From Candidatus Binatia bacterium (GTDB lineage: Bacteria; Desulfobacterota; Binatia; Bin18): DNA of 64,000 nt. Below, one piece after another: positions 57,320-64,000 of this stretch. The stretch spans positions 320,001 through 384,000 of the forward strand of contig OY761159.2 of NCBI GenBank assembly GCA_963664395.2, written 5' to 3'. The translations under genes and the position numbers were made by a program. Below the pieces are notes generated by a model that was not told the DNA's origin, did not search any database, and was given only the letters and a program-made list of their open reading frames with translations. Each line of letters begins with the position of its first letter. The first letter of the stretch is position 1.

Positions 57320-58698
57320 TAGTTATTACCCTTCTCGGGAACCTCTGACATGGCTTCGTTGTATTCGGCAATCCATTGTTCGGCTTCTTCTTTAGTGTAG
57401 GCTCCGGTGATGGCCATGCTATCTGTCGGCAGTTGAAAGCTTGTAGGCTGGTCAATGTGTCCTTCAAGTTCCTCTCGCAACTCTCGTGCTTCATCATCAG
57501 GAAGACCTTTCCCCGCAGAATACACATCTTCCTGACTCAAGCCACCTGCGAAAAAGACTTGAGATAATTCGCTATCCTTGGCGATCTGCCTCCTTATATG
57601 CTTCTCAAACTCTATCCCCGAAGACCAATACTCGCTTCTGGATCCTTCTGGCGGCGTGTCGCCAAAATCAACCCTAAACGCTTGCACTCTGAAAAGAGTA
57701 GCCCCGCGTAGTTCCAATCCCATAAGAGTAGCTTCGTGGAGTCGCGCCCCGCCAAGAGCAGCCGCGTGCAGTTGCGCCCCGCCAAGATTCGCTCCGTACA
57801 GTTGCGCACCCTCAAGGGCCACTCCGTACAACCGCGCCAGGAAAAGACGGGCCTTGTGAAGCTCCGTTTCGCGAAGAACTGCCCAGTGCAGATGCGCCAT
57901 TTCAAGATTCGCCCTATGTAGCCGTGCCCCGTCAAGGTTAGCCCCATGTAACCTCGCCTCGCTAAGGTTAGCTCCATGTAGTTGTGCACCGCAGAGGAGA
58001 GCCTTTTGCAGATGTGCTCCTGGCATCACCGCCTTTTCTAAACGTGCGCCTAGAAGATCGGCCCCGTTCAGCCAGCTTCCCTGTAAGTTAATATGGAGAC
58101 CTTTGAAGACTTCGTGCTTCTGCACGAACAGCAGGGTCAGCAGACTCTGGATTTCTTCCGAAGGTTTCGACTTATACTTTTTCCGATATTCGTCTTCGCC
58201 CGTTGTCTGGCGAATATGAGCGCAGAGAATGTCCAACACGGTCTGACGTAAGTCTTTCGTATCTTGCGCAGTATCTTCTGCTAGATGGAACAGTTCATAA
58301 GCTCCGCCCAAACGCACAGATTCCGATTTATGTCCCAAGTGCTCAATGGCATTTTTCAGGCGTTCCTGCCGCTGCCCCTGCTCGGTCTTCTCGTTGGCTT
58401 TTGCCTGCTCATTCGCAGTGTCTTCCATCGCCTTGGCACGCTTGTTGGCTATTAAGGCTTGTAGGGCGAGTATGACGCCGCCCATGCCAATCCCCAGGAA
58501 TTTTAGAGCCTCGTTTTTTTCGGATGCCCCTAAAATCTGGACAATATATTGTTGAGCGCTTTCGCAGAACATGACCAACACAAAAGCGCTCAACAATAGG
58601 ACAAGCACAATGCCGGAGAGGCCGACCAGAACGGTCGAAACAGGATTCGTCTTGAACGCTTGGCTGAGGCGATCCTTTAGGCTTGAGAAAAGATTCAT
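57319..58698 (-). CDS. Membrane-anchored pentapeptide-repeat protein
   Basis: Two N-terminal TM helices, ERLKNAIEHLG..VRLGGAY.L and A(N/D)L.GA.L repeats; TAATG overlap with mod. Confidence 0.88.
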   Translation of the reverse strand: MNLFSSLKDRLSQAFKTNPVSTVLVGLSGIVLVLLLSAFVLVMFCESAQQYIVQILGASEKNEALKFLGIGMGGVILALQALIANKRAKAMEDTANEQAKANEKTEQGQRQERLKNAIEHLGHKSESVRLGGAYELFHLAEDTAQDTKDLRQTVLDILCAHIRQTTGEDEYRKKYKSKPSEEIQSLLTLLFVQKHEVFKGLHINLQGSWLNGADLLGARLEKAVMPGAHLQKALLCGAQLHGANLSEARLHGANLDGARLHRANLEMAHLHWAVLRETELHKARLFLARLYGVALEGAQLYGANLGGAQLHAAALGGARLHEATLMGLELRGATLFRVQAFRVDFGDTPPEGSRSEYWSSGIEFEKHIRRQIAKDSELSQVFFAGGLSQEDVYSAGKGLPDDEARELREELEGHIDQPTSFQLPTDSMAITGAYTKEEAEQWIAEYNEAMSEVPEKGNN

Positions 58699-58735
58699 CA
58701 CAGGTCTCCGACTAGAGCGCTTATCTCGAATTTAT

Positions 58736-58805
58736 CCCTCTCTCTAGCCCTCTCCTAGGGGGAGAGAACAGCCCGTAGGGCGGCTTAGCGCAGCGTAAGC
58801 CGACA
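58736..58805. repeat. Two adjacent REP-like elements
   Basis: CCCTCTCTCTAGCCCTCTCCTAGGGGGAGAG (58736-58766) and GTAGGGCGGCTTAGCGCAGCGTAAGCCGACA (58775-58805); the latter has the same architecture as 22402-22434. Confidence 0.65.
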
Positions 58806-58827
58806 TCCTCCGAAGCTAGCGATGAGA

Positions 58828-59112
58828 TCAAGCACCGGCGGGCAGCACCTGCTTGGCTATTTCTGCTCCCCGGTCTCGTTCGACCAGGGCAATGTCGTAT
58901 TGGCTCTGGAGTTCGAGCCAGAAACCGGGTCGGTTGCCGAAATAGTGGCCAAGCCGAACCGCAGTCTCAGCGGTGATCGACCGGCGGCCATTCAAAATGT
59001 CGGTGACGCGGCCGGATGGCACGCCAAGGGCGAGCGCTAATCTATTAGCGCTCAGGTTGCGCGCCTCAAGCTCGCGTTTCAGCAGTCTGCCAGGATGTGA
59101 AATAGGGAGCAT
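58828..59112 (-). CDS. higA: HigA family antitoxin
   Basis: HPGRLL..EL....LSANRLA.ALGVP..R...ILNGRRSITAETA.RL..YF...P.FW.ELQ..YD. Confidence 0.9.
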   Translation of the reverse strand: MLPISHPGRLLKRELEARNLSANRLALALGVPSGRVTDILNGRRSITAETAVRLGHYFGNRPGFWLELQSQYDIALVERDRGAEIAKQVLPAGA

Positions 59113-59116
59113 TGTT

Positions 59117-59704
59117 TCATCCTTTGTGGGAGGCGAGGGAACGCCTCAGCCAGTCCCGTACCGTGGCCAGCAGGGAGGACGGCGGGGATGGCACGTCTGC
59201 TGGAGGGGCAGCCAGGCTGCGACTCTCCTCCCACCACTCGACGTGGGTCAGGTGGAGTTGGGCGATGCGGGTGATGGCAGGAATGAGTTGTGTCGTGATG
59301 AACGCCTGGTTCACCTCGCTCTCCAGCAGCAGGTCGGTCTGGGCGATATAGCTCTCGGTGCTGGAATGCAGGCTTGAGATGAGAGCGTTGTCGGTCATAC
59401 CGGGCACTGCTGTCTTCAGGGCGCTGCCCTCAAGCCGGGCCAGGGCTTTCTGGGCGACGGGTCGGGTTGCGGAGTCGGGGGTGTCAACCAGAAAAATGAG
59501 GGAGAGGTAGCGTAGCGTCGAGCTGTGGGGCTTTGGCCGGGCAATGCGGCACAGCCCGGAGAGCGCCTCGTTTCCGGGGCGCTCAAGCGTGAACTCAAAG
59601 AACGCCAGCATTTGTTCGCCGGCATACAGGTCAATCAGTTCTTGCCTGAGGTCGATGACGTCCTGGGGTTCCTGTCTGTTCCCCGTATCCTTTTTTTTCT
59701 CCAT
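59117..59704 (-). CDS. Hypothetical protein
   Basis: 195-aa ORF with a GGAGG RBS, in line with neighbours; no recognised motif. Confidence 0.6.
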   Translation of the reverse strand: MEKKKDTGNRQEPQDVIDLRQELIDLYAGEQMLAFFEFTLERPGNEALSGLCRIARPKPHSSTLRYLSLIFLVDTPDSATRPVAQKALARLEGSALKTAVPGMTDNALISSLHSSTESYIAQTDLLLESEVNQAFITTQLIPAITRIAQLHLTHVEWWEESRSLAAPPADVPSPPSSLLATVRDWLRRSLASHKG

Positions 59705-59730
59705 GCCTGCGCCTCCGACGCTCGAAAGCG

Positions 59731-59760
59731 AAAAAAAAGGGCGCCCTTTCTGGACGCCCC
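59731..59760 (-). terminator. Rho-independent terminator
   Basis: Minus strand GGGGCGTCC-agaaa-GGGCGCCC followed by T8. Confidence 0.75.
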
Positions 59761-59782
59761 GGTTTGTCCGCTTGCCAGCCTT

Positions 59783-60886
59783 TTAGTCCAGGTTATACAG
59801 CTCGGCCACGTTGTCGTGCAGAATCCAATTCTTCTCCTCTTCCGTGAGATGCGAGGTGTGTTTTTCGAGCAATTCCTGTGACCACGGCCACGTCGAATCG
59901 CTATGCGGGAAGTCGTTGGCCCACATCAGCCGACGAGGGTTGCACATATCTTTCATGCGAAACGCTACCCAGTCATCCTGAAAAGTCGTGTAGATATGCT
60001 CGCTGAAATACTCACTCGGCATCTTTGACAGTTCCTGGCCGGGCTTCAGCCAGTAGCGGTGCCGGTCGTAGGCATGATCCATGCGGTACATATAGTGCGG
60101 CACCCAGCCGGCGTCGGCTTCGACGCACACGATTTTCAGTTTGGGGTTGCGTTCAAAGACGCCTCCCAGAATAAAAGTCCCCATCAAATCCTGATTACCG
60201 CGAATAATGGACAGGAAGCCGTTCAGCTTCGGCCCGCGGGGAGATGAGCCGACCACATCGCTCCGGCTGGTCAGGATATGAAAGCTCAGCGGCATCTGCA
60301 TATCGACGGCAGCCTGCCATAACGGATCATAGAGCGGGTCGTCGTAATCGGACACCTGCGGGTTGCCCGGCATCATCACCCCGCGCAGGCCCAGCTCTTT
60401 TATCTTGCGTATGTCGTCAATGCCCTCATCAACCGAACGCATGGCCGTCTGACCCTGGCCGATAAGTCGATCCGGATGGGCGGAGCAGTATTCCGCGATC
60501 CATTCGTTATAGGCGTCGAAGCAGGCCTTTTTATAGTCAAAGTCGGAGTGATTACACAGCAGCATGCCCACCGTGGGGTAGATCACTTCGGCAGCAACGC
60601 CGTCCCGGTCCTGATCGGCCAGACGCGCTTCCGGGTCCCAGCCGCCACGGTGCAGATCTTCGAACTTCGCACCGAACATGGTGAGTTCTTCGGCCTTCTT
60701 CCCGGCCGCGGCGACCAGGCCCATGGGGACCGGCTGCTTCATGCCGTTGATGACAAAAAGATCGCCCTTCTTGTCATCGTGGACCATGTGCGGCGCAGTA
60801 TCTTTGTACTTCTTATCAATGCGGTCCACATAGGTGCCGGGCGGTTCGGTGATATGCGAGTCAGAAGAAATAATGGGTTTGAGCAT
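59783..60886 (-). CDS. Amidohydrolase_2 family protein
   Basis: ISSDSHITEP, DGVAAEVIYPT, SFH, VEADAGW and WANDFPH motifs. Confidence 0.92.
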   Translation of the reverse strand: MLKPIISSDSHITEPPGTYVDRIDKKYKDTAPHMVHDDKKGDLFVINGMKQPVPMGLVAAAGKKAEELTMFGAKFEDLHRGGWDPEARLADQDRDGVAAEVIYPTVGMLLCNHSDFDYKKACFDAYNEWIAEYCSAHPDRLIGQGQTAMRSVDEGIDDIRKIKELGLRGVMMPGNPQVSDYDDPLYDPLWQAAVDMQMPLSFHILTSRSDVVGSSPRGPKLNGFLSIIRGNQDLMGTFILGGVFERNPKLKIVCVEADAGWVPHYMYRMDHAYDRHRYWLKPGQELSKMPSEYFSEHIYTTFQDDWVAFRMKDMCNPRRLMWANDFPHSDSTWPWSQELLEKHTSHLTEEEKNWILHDNVAELYNLD

Positions 60887-60912
60887 GTATTGCCTCTCCT
60901 TGTTTGGCAGCC

Positions 60913-62031
60913 TTATTTTGCCGAGAACAGCGTCTCCTCAGTCGGCACCGCTTTGTGCGGATTAAAATGCGGAATCACATACTGTCCGATCCGATTAATC
61001 GAGCGCATGATGTTCTTGTGCGGAATCCGACCGGCCTGCTTGAAGAAGATCACCTGGTCCAAGCCGGCCTGATCAAAGGTTTCGAGCTTGCGGTTGACCT
61101 CATCCGGGTTGCCGACCGTGACCATGGGGTGCTCTTTGATCTGCGCGTCGCTCAAATCGTTGGCATCCGCGTCCAGGTCGAACAGACTGCGCAGATATTC
61201 ATACGAGTACAGATTGTTCTTGACCATCAGGGGCTCGAATAACTTGGCCACGTTGTGCAGAAACCAGCGCGCCCCGGCGATCCCGATCGCCTCTTCCTCT
61301 TTGTTCTCGGCCACATGACAGATGGCCACCCCGGCAAACCGCTCGTTAATCACCTTTGATACAACGTCAGTCCGGTCCTGACACTTCTCACGATAGGTCT
61401 GCATGGTCTTCTGCACCTGCTCCCAGTTCAGATTGAAGCTGAGCACGCCCAGGCCGCGGTCGGCAGCCATCTCATAGCTGTCCGGTGCCACGCAGGCCAT
61501 CCACATCGGCGGGTGCGGCTCCTGGATTGGCTTGGGCACGACCCGGCGGGGCGGAATCTGAATGGTTTTACCGTTGTATTCCAGGATTTCGTCGGTCCAG
61601 GCTTTCACAATCACGTCGAGTGCCTCACGCACCTCTTCACGCGTCCGATCATAATCAACCCCAAAGCCGTCCAGCTCCTGGGCCGTGGTTGAGCGGCCCG
61701 TGCCCAGGTCCATCCGGCCATTGCTCAGAATATCCAGCACGGCGGCCTGTTCCGCCACCTTTATGGGATGATTGAAGCGGTGCGGCAGGAGGCGCACGCC
61801 GTGGGCGATACGGATGTTCTTGGTGCGCTGCGAGACCGCACCGTAGAACACTTCGGGGGCCGGGCTGTGGGAGTATTCCTCAAGAAAATGGTGCTCAACC
61901 TCCCACACATAGTCAAAGCCAATCTGGTCGGCCCGTTCTATCTGGGCCAGGGCTTCGTGGTAGACATTGTACTCACTCATTTTGTTCCACGGGCGGGGCG
62001 TTTCCATTTCGTACAGAAGACCGAATTGCAT
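60913..62031 (-). CDS. LLM-class flavin-dependent oxidoreductase
   Basis: ADQIGFDYVWEVEHHF, HPIKVAEQAAVLD.LSNGR..LGTGR and PKPIQEPHPP motifs. Confidence 0.92.
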   Translation of the reverse strand: MQFGLLYEMETPRPWNKMSEYNVYHEALAQIERADQIGFDYVWEVEHHFLEEYSHSPAPEVFYGAVSQRTKNIRIAHGVRLLPHRFNHPIKVAEQAAVLDILSNGRMDLGTGRSTTAQELDGFGVDYDRTREEVREALDVIVKAWTDEILEYNGKTIQIPPRRVVPKPIQEPHPPMWMACVAPDSYEMAADRGLGVLSFNLNWEQVQKTMQTYREKCQDRTDVVSKVINERFAGVAICHVAENKEEEAIGIAGARWFLHNVAKLFEPLMVKNNLYSYEYLRSLFDLDADANDLSDAQIKEHPMVTVGNPDEVNRKLETFDQAGLDQVIFFKQAGRIPHKNIMRSINRIGQYVIPHFNPHKAVPTEETLFSAK

Positions 62032-62090
62032 AGCGTGCTCCTTTTTTGCTGGTCGTTCGTTTCTTTCCCTATACAGACGAGCGCGTCGGA

Positions 62091-63245
62091 TCAGGACAAT
62101 CCATACACGCCGGCCACATTCTCACCTAAAACTTTACGCCGGCTCTCTTCAGACAGCGGCGCCACCATATTCGTCAGGTTTTTAATATAGTCGCAGGTAT
62201 GATCGTCGTGAGGAAAATCGCTCGCCCAGAAGAATTTGTCCGCGCCGATATACTCAATCAGGTAGGGCAAGGCGCGTTCATCCGGGTCGGCCGATATCCA
62301 ACACTGACGCTGGAAGTAATAGCTCGGGACTTCTTTGAGCGGGACACTTCTGCCGAGTGCGGTCTTATACGCCGCGTCCATGCGGTCAAGCAGGTGGCCG
62401 ATCCAGCCCGCCCCGGATTCGAGCACCACAACCTTTACCGTGGGGAAACGGTCGAACAGGCCGTATTGGAACAGACCCAAAAAGGCCTGCTGGGGACCCT
62501 GGCCACCCAACATATCCACCCACCATTCGCCCCATTTGTACATTTCTCGAAAGCGTTGGTAGACGCGCCGGTTCGGCGGTTCGGCCACGGGATGAATCCC
62601 GATCGGAACCCCCAGGTCCTGGGCCGTGGCCCAGAACGGGTCGTGGTCCGTATGCGCGTGGGCTTTGTCGGTCAGCGTATAGGGTGAGATAAAAGCGCCC
62701 TTGGCTCCGGCCTTGACCGCCCGCTCCAGTTCCTGGGCGGCGGCTTCACCGGAAGTGAGACAGATATGGGCGATCGGAATCAGCCGGCCACCGGAATCAG
62801 AACAAAAATCGACGATCCAGCGGTTATAGGCGCGGGTATATGCCTGGGCCAGATCGTGCTCGGTGACTTCGGCTTCCCACTCCAGGCAGATCGTCGGATA
62901 GATCAGCGCCTTGGTCAGGTTTTCCTGATCGAGCAGGGCCAGACGTTCTTGGGGATCGTTCCCCCCAAAGGGGACACCTTTGGTGTAGCCCTGTTGCTTA
63001 ATGCCACTGCGCTCTTCAAACGTACTGCCCATACTGGTGCCGCGGGCCAGGATTTCCGCGCCAAAATAGCGCGAGCGTTGGCCGTTCAGTTCCAGATGGT
63101 CGAGGCCGTCCGGGCCGGGCCGAATTCGGATTGCCCGATCGCGATATTCCGGGTCAATATACCGTTCCCACAAATCGGCGGGTTCATTAATATGGCCATC
63201 GGCATCAATGGCCCCTGCATACGGTAGCCGCGAGGTTTGAAACAC
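62091..63245 (-). CDS. Amidohydrolase_2 family protein
   Basis: IDADGHINEP, LIYPT, IGIH, LESGAGW and WASDFPH motifs. Confidence 0.92.
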   Translation of the reverse strand: MFQTSRLPYAGAIDADGHINEPADLWERYIDPEYRDRAIRIRPGPDGLDHLELNGQRSRYFGAEILARGTSMGSTFEERSGIKQQGYTKGVPFGGNDPQERLALLDQENLTKALIYPTICLEWEAEVTEHDLAQAYTRAYNRWIVDFCSDSGGRLIPIAHICLTSGEAAAQELERAVKAGAKGAFISPYTLTDKAHAHTDHDPFWATAQDLGVPIGIHPVAEPPNRRVYQRFREMYKWGEWWVDMLGGQGPQQAFLGLFQYGLFDRFPTVKVVVLESGAGWIGHLLDRMDAAYKTALGRSVPLKEVPSYYFQRQCWISADPDERALPYLIEYIGADKFFWASDFPHDDHTCDYIKNLTNMVAPLSEESRRKVLGENVAGVYGLS

Positions 63246-63330
63246 CTTCCCTCCTCCGTCAATGCGCCTGTGCGTATTGGAAACTCCCGTTCGTATGAGG
63301 CGTTATTGTTACCGTGCCCCTCCGGGGGTG

Positions 63331-63873
63331 TCAATCCGAAGCAGGACCGGCGTTGTGAAAAAAGTCCAGCACCTGTCCGGCCAACTCGTCCGCCCGCGTA
63401 TCCAACTCGTCTTCTGTCAGATTGGCGATGGGGTGGCCAGTCACCAGGAACCGGTAGTCCTTGACTCCCCAACTGGCTGCCATGGCGCGGCCAGTTGCAA
63501 TAAAGGGTGTGGTCACGATGGACGCGGTCGGGATACCGGCGCGCTCCAATTTCAGTCCGTCGAGCACACTGCTCGAACTGCACGACCCTCAGTCGCCCAC
63601 GCCGGCCAGCGCAATATCGACCTGTTGCTGAAACAGTGCAATCGTTTCCTGGCTGACGGCATGGCCGGATGACAGCTTGCGATTCAAGGACACCAGGCGC
63701 ATGCCGTGCTCCTGCTCCAGGCGCTCAGCCACCTTGCACAGCAACTCCTTGGAATTGAACTTGGTATTTTCAACCAGTCCGACCCGCAGCCCCCGAAACG
63801 AGCCGGGTCGCGGCGCATACGCAAACTCCTGCGTTTCCAAGGGCAGAGTCGGATCAAAAACCGTACGACGCAT
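63331..63873 (-). CDS. UGSC-family selenoprotein (Sec at in-frame TGA 63589-63591), 180 aa
   Basis: The two track ORFs are in the same frame: ..AGVGD-TGA-GSCSSSSVLDGLKLERAGIPT.., giving a UGSC (UxxC) motif. Hairpin follows the TGA; AAGGAGG RBS at the 5' end. Confidence 0.88.
63553..63580 (-). promoter_or_regulatory. Bacterial SECIS-like hairpin
   Basis: mRNA CAGU-UCGAGCA-GUG-UGCUCGA-cgg-ACUG; the upper stem starts 12 nt after the UGA and has a G-containing loop. Confidence 0.7.
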
Positions 63874-63898
63874 TCGTCTTCCTCCTTTATCGTCTCGT

Positions 63899-64000
63899 CT
63901 ACACCCTCACCAGTTCGGTCACGCTGCGCGTCCATTTATTCCCCCAGCCGGGTAAACAGGCTGACCAGCTCCCGCCTTGGGCCCCCGCGCAGACAATCAA
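63899..64000 (-). CDS. 3' end of the upstream CDS, probable UGSC partner protein
   Basis: LIVCAGAQGGSWSACLPGWGNKWTRSVTELVRV*; resembles the C-terminus of the hypothetical protein I recall beside UGSC genes. Truncated by the window edge. Confidence 0.55.
   Translation of the reverse strand: MIVCAGAQGGSWSACLPGWGNKWTRSVTELVRV

Noticed and set aside
52674-59112. Prophage or integrative element carrying the R-M system
   Set aside because: No integrase, phage structural genes, tRNA target or flanking direct repeats were seen.

Overview
Bacterial window of roughly 55-60% GC (by eye), densely packed with catabolic genes: four intact LLM-class flavin oxidoreductases plus one pseudogene, two hydantoinase/oxoprolinase A+B pairs, two CaiB CoA-transferases, three SDRs, two amidohydrolases, a P450, a thiolase/DUF35 pair and a MetE-like enzyme. 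It also holds a YCF48-RND-DUF1302-DUF1329 envelope operon, a second DUF1329 gene, a type III restriction-modification locus, and several intact or decayed toxin-antitoxin modules often bordered by REP-like palindromes. The gene mix suggests an uncultured Binatia/Tectomicrobia-like organism (inference only). No rRNA, tRNA, CRISPR array or transposase was seen. The main signals the ORF track misses are: (1) a UGSC-family selenoprotein split by an in-frame TGA with a SECIS-like hairpin (63331-63873); (2) an Rv0474/MLDSR-like regulator and a phasin-like gene that share a near-identical 35-bp promoter/operator box, a candidate lipid-body regulon; (3) a small secreted protein that keeps one 23-aa segment of its DUF1329 neighbour; (4) REP half-sites bracketing toxin-antitoxin cargo; (5) a nested inverted-repeat block between mod and res; (6) many short tandem duplications. 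Family assignments come from motif recognition, not database searches.
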